Assembly (NCBI GenBank): GCA_964106645.2
Contig: OZ067041.1
From: Podarcis pityusensis
Taxonomy: Eukaryota
Length of the DNA: 64,000 bases
Strand: one strand, 5' to 3'
Shown: in pieces, positions 50,252 to 62,256 of the stretch
How positions within the stretch are numbered: the stretch's first letter is position 1
Layout: every line of letters starts with the position of its first letter
Translations under genes and position numbers: made by a program
Notes under the pieces: model-generated
Databases searched by the model: none
Told to the model about the DNA's origin: nothing
The model's input: only the letters and a program-made list of their open reading frames with translations

Positions 50252-51307
50252 TCACAAACAAATCCATCTGCTGTGGTACCACTGCTCTCCACATTCATTA
50301 CAAATTACATAAGTCATCATTTGTTCATCTGGATTTGCATTTCGTACCCAACCAGGAAGGAAAAGAGCTCCCCTGGCAATTGCAGTAACAGTGCAATCAA
50401 ATTTTTCACAGCGTCTACATTTTATTTTGTCTGTATGTGTACCACTGATGCTTTGAGGGAGCTGATGCTCCAGAACAGATGATTCTGTATACGAAGCTCT
50501 GAGCTGCTTTAGTTCATCATGGGCCATTTCCATTGTGGACATCTCAGCAAATGTCTTAGGATTCAAAGTCCCTAGAAGCAGGTTACGTTTTAAGTGAGCA
50601 TTTTTTGGATTCTTCAAGTTAGAAACTTTGCTTCGGATGCAGTTTTTGTATTTTCTGTCGTTTTTAGCATGAAGTACAAAGATATGTTGTTCAACTTCTT
50701 CAGCAATCTTGTGGTGCTTTTTACTTGCATTACTTGTTGAGTCAATCAAAGCTTCATAAAGAAGCTCTATACATTTGCATCTCATAGCTGTAGTATGAAC
50801 CTGAAATGGGCTTGTTTCACTAACAGAACTCACGTGCTCTTGAAGTGCAGGCTGAATTGCGTTGTCTTTTTGCACATTACTTCCAGTATCTTGTGGATGG
50901 TTTTCTGATAGCAGGCAACTCTTGGAACTGGAAGGGCCTAATATCTCATGCTGATTCAGTTTTCCAGAAGTGTTTGCATCTGCCAGGACTACATTAAGGG
51001 GATCAGAATCTTCTTTTGCATTATCAGGTAATACTGGCTTAATTTGTATGCATTGATTGTAATAATGCTTATAAAGTGTTTTCCACTTCGATAGTAAATG
51101 CTTTGCCTTATTTTTCAGTACCACAGAGGGACAGTTCTTGAGGATTCTGAACACAGCTTTGGTAATATCCGTTTCCTGGAGACAGTCTACAGTCATATCA
51201 ACAGTTTCAAGATACGCAAGATGACTTCCAATATCTTCGTATTTTTTTTCAGAGAGCAGGTTTTCTATACAATCAGCTCTAGTCATGAGAACCTTTTTGT
51301 AAGACAT
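50252..51307 (-). CDS. TCEANC: Transcription elongation factor A N-terminal and central domain-containing protein (351 aa, single coding exon)
   Basis: TFIIS N-terminal domain (LQETDITKAVFRILKNCPSVVLKNKAKHLLSKWK), central domain (KYKNCIRSKVSNLKNPKN), Zn ribbon (CRRC...CNEC); acceptor cattacag at 51316 sits 8 nt before ATG 51307. Confidence 0.93.
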   Translation of the reverse strand: MSYKKVLMTRADCIENLLSEKKYEDIGSHLAYLETVDMTVDCLQETDITKAVFRILKNCPSVVLKNKAKHLLSKWKTLYKHYYNQCIQIKPVLPDNAKEDSDPLNVVLADANTSGKLNQHEILGPSSSKSCLLSENHPQDTGSNVQKDNAIQPALQEHVSSVSETSPFQVHTTAMRCKCIELLYEALIDSTSNASKKHHKIAEEVEQHIFVLHAKNDRKYKNCIRSKVSNLKNPKNAHLKRNLLLGTLNPKTFAEMSTMEMAHDELKQLRASYTESSVLEHQLPQSISGTHTDKIKCRRCEKFDCTVTAIARGALFLPGWVRNANPDEQMMTYVICNECGEQWYHSRWICL

Positions 51308-52529
51308 TTCAGATCCTGTAATGAAAGAAACAGGTTCATCTTTTCTACAGCCACTACAGAATTGTATTAAGGGCAGAAGTGTAACAGAAGAGCTCCGATT
51401 CAGATAAGTTCTCAGATGACACAGGGTCTTTCGCAAAACATATTCTATAAAATGTTTCATAGAACGCTAAATACGAATGTCATTGCAATGTTTGCACCTT
51501 CAATAGTGATTAACACACTGGGGTTCTTTAAGGGCAAAAATGCAGAGTGCAAACCTTTTAACTACATAAAATAAAAAGGGCTTGTAATCTTATTCACTCA
51601 CTGAGCTCACTGGGGCTTACCTTTAAGTAAACATAGAACATCTGTACATTATGTAATTGAAGTGTTAATAATTGCACCCTGTGATATCTTTTAAGCACAG
51701 AGTACTGTGATAGGTATTTCAGCTTTCATAAAGCCATTAGTAGAGACTGTCTACCAAGCATAGAACACAACCAAGAGCAAAATGCATCTCATGGGAGCTG
51801 TTCAGCTAATAGGAAGAAAAACAGTAGGCTTGGCAACAAAAACCCAGCAAACGGTGATTCGAGGGTGTGCTGAATCCTAGTTATACAAACATAGAATCCC
51901 AGGGCTCCTACATTTTATCAGCTAGACTTTACAAGATGCTGTTTGCAGAATTCTTAACTCCACCCATGTAAGAAACTGAATGACCGTAAAGCCATTTGCC
52001 AACATAATAAAAGACTGACAATCCTTGAAAGGAAAACCATTTGTCCCTCAATACTTTTAGACATAGCGATTCTTGAGTCGTGTCACATTTAGAACCTCTT
52101 CAAAGATTGCAGTTCTTCATTTGCTCCTTGTACAGAAAGCAAGGCTTGCAGTGTCAAATGGAGGGAACAGATTGGGTGTGTGCAAGCAAAAGCAGAGCTC
52201 CAGAGCCTGCTGCCAATACTCTGCTTGCGTAATGTGAAGCAGAGAGGGCCCTTATGAATGGGCAGAGTACCATCCGCCACAATTTATTAGCATCCATAAC
52301 TCACTCTTTCATTCACATACACCCACATGGGGAAAGGCTTCTTCAGTGTCAGTGTGACTTCCACATAGACTTAAACTTCAAGCTGGAAAGGAAAGGAAAG
52401 AAAAAGTTTCCCACTTCTATGGGGAAGCTTTCAAACATCTGAAAACTAGTTGGCAAATGCCAACCAGTGGCAACTTCCACCCTCACTGTATCTCTATGCT
52501 CAGGGGGAAAATATTAGAAGTTCTTTAAA

Positions 52530-52855
52530 TGTATTTATTTGGTGTTTTTTCAGATTACAATTTCACAGTCACATATTCAACATACAACATAAAAACAAGA
52601 TTCCAAGGAATCTCTTTTACTTCCCTTCTCCCCTTTGTGAGTCCTATTGTTAATCATTTCCTCCTGCATCTTTTATAATAATCCAAATCTTTTATCTCTC
52701 CGTTGTATCCAGAATTCACCATTAAACTACAAGTGATATTCCAATCCTACTAACGATTTTAACTGTTTACAGTGGTCCCAATTCCTTTATTAACATTTTG
52801 GTCTTCCTGATTTCTGTTTCTTCCGGTCATTTTAGCCATTGCATCTCCATGCTGG
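52530..52855 (-). mobile_element. Probable L1-like LINE 3' fragment in the TCEANC intron
   Basis: T-rich start (A-tail on minus) and composition typical of a LINE 3' end; no TSD verified. Confidence 0.4.
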
Positions 52856-53139
52856 GGGGGGGGGGTAATTGGAAGTTCTGCCTCTCAAACAACTCCTTGG
52901 CAAGGCCACTTTAGCCTGCCAGGGAAAACAAAACAAAAATAGGTGACAGCCCTGACGTCTGAACGCAGACGATCCATTCCCAGGCTCACTCCTCAGCACA
53001 AACTTGGGAGAGAGACCCAAACCCCGGACAGCTGCTTGCAAAATAACACAAAATTACATGGGCCTATGCTCAGACCCGGTATAAGGCAGCTTCCTCTGTT
53101 CTGCGGGCCACATTCCTCCGAGGTGACATCCACAAAGGG

Positions 53140-53530
53140 CCGGAGCAGCTTCCATCACGGAGGAGGGATGGGGGGCGGAGACAGGGAGACCCCACAACAC
53201 ACCGGCGTTGCAAACCTCCCACCCGCAGCAGCGCACGTAGCAGCGCGAGCGCGCGCTTTCCGCTTACCTGGCCCGAGCAGCTTCCTCGGCCTTCCCCGGC
53301 CCCGCCCCTCTGGGGGAAGGACGCACGGTGCGCGCGCGCGCGCTCCCTCTCTTGGCTCTGGAGCCTCGGCAGCCCAGGAGGCGCGCTTGGGACTTCGCGG
53401 GTCGCTGTTGTGAGGCGGTCGAAGCGCACAGGGCATCTTCTTGTCGCGCAGGCGCTCTCTCCCTTTGCCCAGATACTGAGGGTTGTGACAGCTCAATCTA
53501 CCCCGCCACCAATTTTCGTGCAAGCCGCAA
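53140..53530 (-). promoter_or_regulatory. TCEANC: TCEANC CpG-island promoter and non-coding first exon
   Basis: CpG-rich with (GC)n runs and a GC box; strong donor CAG|gtaagc at 53267 on minus. Confidence 0.78.
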
Positions 53531-54439
53531 CACGTTACTTCACAACACGAAAAGCACAGCACAATTAAGGAGGGGTTTTTTTTTTTTGCTGCTCTTAACG
53601 ATAGAAATACAGACTGTACTCAGACCGTACTCCTCTCCACCACAAAGAGGCTTATGTAATTAATGGATGGATGAATTAATCTTTATTTGCATCGGCCATA
53701 GCAATAAAACAACAATACGATATACAAAGAACATAAATAAAAAGTCAATTATATAAAATACATGTTAGGATTTTGAATCAATAGTCAAATAGTGGATCTT
53801 ATTCTGATTGCCCCAGCTAAAAACCTTGCAACCTTTGCTGTCACCTGCTCATCTTGATCTGCCAAGAGAAAGGACTCTATGGCAGTGGCTGGGCGACCCG
53901 GAATGGACAATAAAAGAGGGGTGATAATTTCATTCCTCAAGTGTTTAGAAAGAGTGCAAGCCAGAAGGGCTTATGTAAAATACAACTACCTTTCCAACCA
54001 ATTGGCCTCTTCATTGCAGTTTAGGAAATTGTACAGACTTCACTTTTTTAGTGCATGCATACTTCTGCAAAGTTAAAGCTGCATTAAGAATGAAGCTAAA
54101 GGTAGTTTCACTTTCTGAGCAATTGCAATAAAGACTTCTTACTTTCTTCATTGGAGATACCAACCAAGTTTCCCAAAGGCAAAGAGACCCACACTGAAAT
54201 AACTTTTTGTACTACAACAGCAGTGATCTAGTGCAAATTCACGCGAGAGACAAAACTGTTTTATGCCTTCATCTGCAGGATCGAAGTCTGAATATCTACT
54301 GCCCTCTGCTGGTGTTGTATTGTCCAACATTTAGAACAGCTGGAAGCTGCACTAAAATCAGTAAAACTTTCGGATGTTTTTGCTAAAGGCACTGGTAATT
54401 TGCAGGGGAAGCAGAGGATTCCCACCGGTTGTACATCTG

Positions 54440-54658
54440 GCAAAACCAGAGCAGCACACGGAAATGCCATTTACTTTCCCGCCGGAGGGATACCTGTTTA
54501 TCTACTTGCACTTTGACGTGCTTTCGAACTGCTAGGTTGGCAGGAACTGGGACCGAGCAACGGGAGCTCACCCCGTTGTGGGGATTCGAACTGCTGACCT
54601 TCTGATCGGCAAGCCCAAGAGGCTCAGTGGTTTAAACCACAGCGCCACCTGCATCCCT
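54440..54658 (-). mobile_element. Sauria SINE 5' half
   Basis: Reverse-complement match to 48341-48710 once the insert there is removed. Confidence 0.85.
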
Positions 54659-56359
54659 ACTATACCATCTTACCCGGGTGTAAACTCCATTTAACTCGAT
54701 TGTGCTTACTTCCAAGTGCACATGGGTATTTGTTTACATGTGCACACCTCTTCTCTAGCAGAGGTGGGGGGGTGGCAAGAGGTGCCCATGAGAGTGCTGC
54801 CTCGGGGGTTTCTTCTGTGTAAGGCAGCTACTTCCTGCCACTTCAGTGCACGAGGCAGGCCTGGCCAGGACGGAGGAGGCCTGCTATACCATCTGGGCTT
54901 GACGAGGCATGTGATGCTCAGCTATCCTGGTCCTACTCCAGCTAAGGCATCACACACCTCCTCCCCGAGCTAGCAAGCCCCACCTGGGCTGTTGGTCCTT
55001 GCCTGCCTTCCCTCAGAACTGACAACTGTAAATTCTGGAATCCTGTGTTCAGTGGTGGTATGCTCCATTTTGCCACTTGAGGCAAAACAGGAATTGCCAC
55101 CCTGCTCTGCCACACCACCAGTGTGACACTCGCCACTACAGTGCCAGCTGCCAGTGGCACTGCACCTGTACCAGCTCTGCAGTGCTGGCATTGGTGCCAA
55201 TTTCCTGAAAGAGCTTATGAGATCTTCTGCTCTCCTTGACATCTTGCAAGACTTTGATGAGATCTTGAAAGGTCTTGCAGGATATCAGCACCTATAATGG
55301 CACTGCTTCTTTGGCAGATGTGGGGGCATGGCAGGAAGCACCTGCCTCAGGGGCTTCATATGATTGGAGCATGTTGGCTCAGCTCTCAGTTGACCAATAT
55401 TTGTGTCATTTTATCCTTCCCTGGAAGAAGACGCAGGGAGGGAATAGTTTCTTGACAGAATTACCCATTTCCCAAATCAAGCAGACACTAGCTGAATCTG
55501 TTTGTGTCATAGCGGAGAAGAAAATAAATCACTAAGTGAGTCCAAAAATGTATTGCCATCATCTTAGGCTCTCTTGTGAATCTAAACCCATTTGCTTGCA
55601 TTATTATGGAGAACATGCCATTTTTAACCATAGTTCAGCAAGTGCCCATGGACATGAATCCAAACGCAGAAACATTTTTGCATATTATCGTGAGGGTGCA
55701 ACACTGTGGAGCCTCAAGTGAGTTACCACTGGCGACTTGACCATAGTTGCCTGTTACACTGGTGGGTACCAGCTGAGACAGAGCAATAAAAATAAAGGAC
55801 CCGATCTGAGACATAGGAGTAACTAAGGAACAAAAAAGGGGCATGTGACTCTTCTGATCCACAACTTAAAAGGATGGATGGGGAGTTTCAAATGGTTATC
55901 CCCTTCCAGCCTCTTACTGTTTGGCTTTTGTCTGCTGGTTCCATGGTGTCTTCTTTCTACCTCCCTGTATCTGCACATCTCGCCACTTGCCAGCCTTCTC
56001 CTCTCCCACCCCACGCAGGTTGACAAAGTGCATTTTAATTCTACATATTCCTGCCACAAGCCATCTCTCTCCATCCTTCTGATCTCTGTCACCAGTTCAC
56101 CAAGCCGTTTTCCAGCAATGGAAAGGCCAGCTGGAGTTGCCTCAGTTGGAGCAGCAGGATATCAGGTGCCCATTGCCCAGAAAAGGTGATGACACAGGTG
56201 GACAGTGGACCAGCTGCCAGGCACCCTGGAGAGGTCACTGGAACAACAGGAGAAGCCCATGTGTCCTGGAGTAGGGGCAGCTGGCAACCATAGATACAAG
56301 CACTATGCAAACTGCATGATGGTATGCAATAGAAAAAATCAGTATTTCCTTCCATCTTT

Positions 56360-56610
56360 TCCACCAATTTGGTTGGGTTTAAAAGGGGATTAGACAAATT
56401 CATGGAGGATAAGCTATCAATGGTTAACTAGGAATGATTGCTATGAATTACCTCCAGTATCAGGATGTCTTTGCATACCAGTTGCTGAGCATCATGTGCT
56501 GTTGTGCTCATGTCCTGCTTCTGGACTTCTCAAGGCATCATGTGAGAACAGAATGCTGGTCTAGATGGGCATTTAGTCTGATTCAGAGGGACTTATCTTA
56601 CGTTCTTGTA
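56360..56610 (+). mobile_element. CR1-type LINE 3' end fragment (similar fragments at about 59820-60440)
   Basis: tttaaaaggggattagacaaattcatggaggataagctatcaatgg...acagaatgctgg.ctagatggg, the same motifs seen at 60150-60440. Confidence 0.6.
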
Positions 56611-58606
56611 TTAACAAAAGGAAAATAGCTGATTTTGCTGTCCCAGAAAAGCTTGTACATTTATACTCCTTTGCACAATATCAATCGAATTCTAATTAAA
56701 AGCTGATCAGTATACATAGTTTATAAAGACACACATAAAGTAAATGTTTTCTCATGAACTGACTGAATTTTTCAAGTTTGTAATTATCGCTTTGTATCGC
56801 TTAGACATCTTTAGGAAATGTTTTCCTTTTTCAGCTCAAATCTGTCTCCAGATGTGCTATTACACTTTCAAAACGAATCTAGTTATTTATAAAATATAAT
56901 TGGGTAAGTTCCAAGAGCAATATCTGTAACTCATACACATCATTCAACAGTATTCCTTTTCGCTTATTTTGGTAACCATCCATACATATGAAAATTAATA
57001 ATTCCTAGGTAATGCTAGCAATTTTTAAAAAACCCCAGACAAAACCATTTATATGTCTTCAGTTTAGAGGAAAATACAGTGGGGGTAAATCAGTGCAATT
57101 TGTCGATTTTGACATTAATTATATATTTTCTCCTCAGCAATCATGGATAAATATGATCAACTTAATGATGAATAAATATATACAAGGCGGAGAGAACCAA
57201 CACATTGTTTCTCGGATACCAGCAAAAGGTTGATTTCAATGGCTTCAAGCATATTTATTTCCCTGTATTATTGTGACCTTCATATTTTTCCCACTCATGA
57301 AGCTGCAAAACCACACTGATCCGCTTACAAAGTCCTAGCAAGCATGGCCCAACCACTTCACTTTCATGTTTGGGGGAGTCACAAGAATATGTGCACAGCA
57401 CTGTCTTCCATAATGAAAGAAATAAGGAAGGTTTTGCACATCAGAACTCTTCTCCCAGGTGTTCATGCAAACGCAGGAATTGGGAATTATCTGTTTTTGT
57501 GACCCAACATTGTTGGCTACGAAAGGGGGAAATGACCTATATGAATGCATATAGTCCCTGTCTGCTTTAACTTGCCACTGTGCTCCATGGGTGCCCAGCG
57601 CTGTCAATTACAACATAATAATAAATACTAATTTTATTATTTGTACCTCACCCATCTGATTGGGTTGCCCCAGCAACTCAACAACCATTGCTTGGAATAC
57701 TTTAGGATTGATTTGTGGTCTTATGTGCCTGTGACATCACTTTTACCAAATAATAATAATAATAAATTATTTATACCCCATCCATCTGGCTGAGATTGCC
57801 CATAAAGAAAGGTTTCACCAAAATCAGTATGGTATAGTTTCATTTATTTATAAAAACACTTGCCTCGCCAAATCCACTGGCATTTTTTCAAAAAAAGCAT
57901 CTTTTAAAATAGCTGTAGTTGGATTTACAAGGAAAGTAGAGAAGCTGACTTTTTATTTTAGGAAAAAAATAAATTCAAACAGTTGCAATATTTAGGAAGA
58001 AAAATGATTCCAGAGTCCAGACAAATATTATTGGTGTTTGCGTCAGTTAACATTTAAAGTGTGGTGGGCAGATACTCATCAGGTAACTGTCTGGCCAACA
58101 CATCCATGTGTCTTTGGAGACATGTATCTCTCTTTAATGCTTTACTTATTTACTGCAGCAACCACCGGGCATACACCAGGGTACCCACAGAGCTGTAGCA
58201 AACTGTAGGAGTCCTAAGTGTTACAAGAAATGACATATCCTTTTGAAGATCCTGTTTCACATTCCTGCAGGAGAACTTGGGGAATATACGACAATAGGCA
58301 TTTTCTTTCAAAGAAATTATATGTAAAACACTTCTTCTTCTTTTTTGCAGGAAATCTAGGCAAAATATTTTCACATTATATAAGACCCTGACCACAAATG
58401 ATATAATACAGTAGAGCTACACATAAACCAAAGTTTAGTATATTTTATATACAAATGTAGTATCTAACTGGAGACATTTTTTTACCTGTCGGTTTATCTG
58501 TCTGCATTGAAGTTTGGTTTCCAGATTTGCACTTTATCTAGCTCACAATGATACAAAATTCTGGACCAGTACAACAAATAATATAATAGTATTTAAAATA
58601 GTAAGC

Positions 58607-58717
58607 TCAGATATCCAATGTCAAATGGTCTTCAGGACACAGACCAGAAAACAGTGTAACATTGTCCACTCCAATTTCTCCAGTTTTACCTTTTCCACGT
58701 TCTGCCTCAAAAGTGAT
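58607..58717 (-). CDS. EGFL6: EGFL6 last coding exon (end of MAM domain)
   Basis: ttttttag|[36 protein letters not shown]; minus-strand AATAAA at 57843-57848. Confidence 0.93.
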   Translation of the reverse strand: MTFEAERGKGKTGEIGVDNVTLFSGLCPEDHLTLDI

Positions 58718-58959
58718 CTAAAAAAATGAGTGAGGAAAACATTATTAACAGAAGGTGCAAATTATCAAGAGGTACTAGATGCTCATAAGTTAGAAAACCA
58801 AACTGTGCTACATGCACATTTTTATTACTACCAGCATATCAAAAAACTCACTGAAATACTGAGACATCTTATGCTTCTCTATGGATTAAGAAGATTTTCA
58901 AAATAAGATCTAAAGATCTAAAATTCAGTTTTACAAACCCAACACAAATAAATACCGTA

Positions 58960-59315
58960 CAGTGGTGCCTCGCAAGACGAAATTAATCCGTTCCGCGAGT
59001 ATCTTCGTCTAGCGGTTTTTTCGTCTTGCGAAGCAACCCTATTAGCGGCTTAGCGGATTAGCGCTATTAGCGGTTTAGCGGCTATTAAAGGCTTAGCAGC
59101 TTAGCGGCTTAGCTGCTAAAAGGCTATTAAAGGCTTAGCGGCTTAGAAAAAGGGGGGGGGGAGCGAAAAAAAATCTCAAGACTCGCAAGACATTTTCATC
59201 TTGCGAAGCAAGCCCATAGGGAAATTCGTCCTGCGAAGCGCATTGAAAAACGGAAAACCCTTTCGTCTAGTGGGTTTTCCGTCTTGCGAGGCATTCGTCT
59301 TGCGGGGCACCACTG
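58960..59315. mobile_element. Tc1/mariner-type MITE with internal (TTAGCGGC)n array
   Basis: TIR CAGTGGTGCC(T/C)CGCAAGACGAA; TA TSD. Confidence 0.9.
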
Positions 59316-60229
59316 TATTCAAATTCTGCTCATGTCCTGTAGTATGCTGCAATGCAAATTTGTCTTCTGTTCTTATGCATGATCATTGATTCAACCTTAA
59401 CTCTTTAACGGCATTGTCAAGGAATTTTTTGCTTGGTATGTTTTTGGTTTATATTTCTTTATACCGAAACCCCTTTTGTTGAGCTAAAAATTAGTGGAAG
59501 GTATTTGTCACTTTAATGCCTCTCCCTATTTTAAAAGCTAAAAGTAAAAACCAAAACCACAACTGCCCCTCTTAACATTCCCATACCATTTCACAAAGCC
59601 CAGTTCTGCCATTTTGTTATTCCATCTTTGCACAGCATGCCATACTCTTTCTCCTTTGTCCAAATGTATTTAATCGGCCCAGTCGTTGGTGGAGATATGG
59701 GCAAGAGAAATAAGGTAACAGGCCCAACAAATGTTTCCAGCCTCCTCACCTTCCAATGGCCTCTGATGCTAATACTCCAGTCCCAGCCTTGAGACCATCA
59801 TGCTACAATCAGGTCCATAGAATAAGAATGTAGGAACCACCTTTTGCTGGATCAGACCAACAGATCCATTTAGTCCAGCATTGTTCTTCCCACAGCAGCA
59901 AACTAGATGTCTCCAAGAAACCCACAAGGAGGTCTTGAAGGGCAACAGGACTCTTCCACTATTTCCCCCAAGCAACTAGTACTCAGTGGCATATTGTCTC
60001 TGGACCTTTCTGCGTCCTTTAATACTAGAACCCAGCTTCATCCAGTGAAGCTGAATGTTGGAATATTTTAGGGCAGGCTAAACGAAGTACCGCTTCACAC
60101 ACTGCATAGTTAAAACAGTGGAATTCATTACACCACCAACATGGATGGGTCTTAGACAAATCATAGAGAACAATGCTATCAGTGACTACTTAGCCATGAT
60201 GGCTGCGTACTACCCTCCAGCATCAGAGG

Positions 60230-60313
60230 CATAGCTGTCAACGTTTCCCTTTTATTAAGGGAAATTCCCTTATTCCGAATAGGAATAAAAAAAGGGAAAA
60301 GTTGACAGCTATG
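60230..60313. mobile_element. 84-bp hAT-type micro-MITE
   Basis: Perfect 13-bp TIR CATAGCTGTCAAC; exact 8-bp TSD ATCAGAGG. Confidence 0.88.
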
Positions 60314-60446
60314 ATCAGAGGTGGCCTATCTCTGAATGCCAGTTGCTGGGGAGAATATGAGGGGAAGAGTGGTGTTTCGATCATGTGCTGCTTATGAGCT
60401 TCCCACAGGCATCTGGTTTGCCATTGTGAGAAAAAGATGCTGAACT

Positions 60447-60447
<1 letters not shown>

Positions 60448-60484
<37 letters not shown>
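60448..60484. repeat. (AAC)n microsatellite
   Basis: Direct inspection. Confidence 0.9.
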
Positions 60485-60485
<1 letters not shown>

Positions 60486-60519
60486 ATGCCACTGAGTACT
60501 AGTTGCTTGGGGTAAATAG

Positions 60520-60836
60520 CGGAAATTTCATTATTTATACCCCGCCCAATCTGGTTGGGTTTCCCTCGCAAAATATAAAAACGTGATCAGATGTCAAACA
60601 TAAAAAACTTCCCAATACAGGGCTGCCTTCAGATGTCTTCTAAAAGTGTAGTTCTTTATCTCCTTGACATCTGATGGGAGGACATTCCACAGGGAGGTTG
60701 CCACTGAAAAGGCTCTCTACCTGGTTCCCTGTAACTTCACTTCTTGCAGTGAGGGAACTACCAGAAGACCCTCGGAAGTGGACCTCAGTGTCCGGGCTGA
60801 ATGATGGGGGTGGAGACGCTCCTTCAGGTATACTAG
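60520..60836 (-). mobile_element. L2-clade LINE 3' fragment
   Basis: tttataccccgccca.tctgg...gggctgccttcagatgtcttctaaaag...ccactga.aaggc pattern; short related pieces at 57630-57680 and 57765-57800. Confidence 0.55.
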
Positions 60837-60974
60837 GCTTTGGTCTGATCCAAGGCACTTCTTACGTTCTTAACCAGAGGTACCATATAGCCATAATTAC
60901 AACTTGCCAGCAGTCAGAGCAAACTGCAACTAGTTACACTGGTCATTGCAGGTGGTTTTTAATCTTTAACTTAC

Positions 60975-61240
60975 ATTCATCGTTGTTTCAGCCCCTGTGT
61001 GGACTTCCATTTGTCCAGTCCTCCACTGCTCATCATCTCCCACACTCTGTGACCAGGAAGGACTGCTGCTGCCGCTGCCTAGGATCACATGTAGTTTCCC
61101 TACTCTTTCTCCTGCAAGTCGGTAACTAAAAATCAGACAATATATGCTTTTTGGCTCAAGATCAGTGAGAAGAAGTTTCAAACGACCAACATCCTTCTTG
61201 TGACCCACGAACCCCGGCACCATCATGTAATATCCATCAC
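60975..61240 (-). CDS. EGFL6: EGFL6 penultimate exon (MAM domain)
   Basis: ctctctag|DGYYMMVPGFVGHKKDVGRLKLLLTDLEPKSIYCLIFSYRLAGERVGKL...TTMN|gtaagt, 266 nt. Confidence 0.93.
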
Positions 61241-61595
61241 CTAGAGAGAGATATTTGGGGTTTAGAAAGTGAGAAACGGAATGTTACTTTTGTTTCATCT
61301 TAAATATTTTGGTTATTTACCACGGGGGGAGGACTATAGTTCAGTGATATTGCTTATGCTTTGCATGCAGAAGGTCTCAGGTTGAAATCCTGACATCTCC
61401 AGATAAAAATGATCAGGCAGCAGATGAAACCAGAGACATACATTGGTCTGGATCACTAGTGACTTTCTGGGACTAGAAATTCATGATTTGTTACACTGAT
61501 AACAAATATGTTCATGTACTCTCTCCTTCCCTCTCCCCATCTGTAATACAAACCCTCTGGGGTTTGTTATAAACCAATTTCTCATTACATCTGGA

Positions 61596-61853
61596 AAGAA
61601 GAAGAAGAGAAGAAGAGTTTGGATTTCTTATCCTGCTTTATCACTACCCGAAGGAGTCTCAAAGCGGCTAACATTCTCCTTTCCCTCCCTCCCTCACAAC
61701 AAACACTCTGTGAGGTGAGTGAGGCTGAGAGACTTCAGAGAAGTGTGACTAGTCCAAGGTCACCCAGCAGCTGCATGTGGAGGAGCGGAGACGCGAACCC
61801 TGTTCCCCAGATTACAAATCTATCGCTCTTAACCACTACACCACACTGGCTCT
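61596..61853 (-). mobile_element. tRNA-derived squamate SINE with (TTC)n-type tail
   Basis: Minus strand starts agagccagtgtggtgtagtggttaagagc (A-box) ... gggttcgcgtctcc (B-box) and ends in a TTC-rich tail. Confidence 0.75.
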
Positions 61854-62169
61854 CTGTTAAACTGTTGTTTAATGTCCATCTACAAGATATCTAACCAGGA
61901 TCAAACCATGGTTTATAGCCAGAGATTAAACCACAGTTTCCTGGTTTGGTCATAAAACCCCTGGGGGAAACGTTGCATTTGAGCATGCGAGGAAAACTCT
62001 TGATCTTGGTCCAATACACCATGGTCTATTTTCTGAACTGACCAATGATCTGATATATAAGCACATTTCCTGGGTTTTCTCTAGTGATCAAACTCCACCT
62101 CTTAACTAGGAGGGGACACACAGAGGAAGCCAAGCGAGGCCAAGGGATGGAGGAGGCATTGCGTATTAC

Positions 62170-62256
62170 CATTATCATGATCTGCAGGATTCCAGTCAAA
62201 GTCATCATTTATATCTTGCTGCCAGGCACAAGACCCTTGCCCAAAGCTGCAGTCCA
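62170..62256 (-). CDS. EGFL6: EGFL6 exon (start of MAM domain); acceptor position uncertain
   Basis: (V)[29 protein letters not shown]|gtaata; the only in-frame AG with no intervening stop is cctaag at 62257-62262. Confidence 0.8.

Noticed and set aside
51308-51460. 51-codon N-terminal extension of the TCEANC ORF (402 aa in the track)
   Set aside because: A good acceptor at 51316 lies just before Met 51307, and the 351-aa product matches the expected protein; the extension is probably intronic
52943-53663. Overlapping 110-156 aa ORFs
   Set aside because: CpG-island artefacts in the TCEANC promoter
59041-59146. CRISPR-like or telomeric array
   Set aside because: No unique spacers, not TTAGGG, and it lies inside a MITE in a eukaryotic intron
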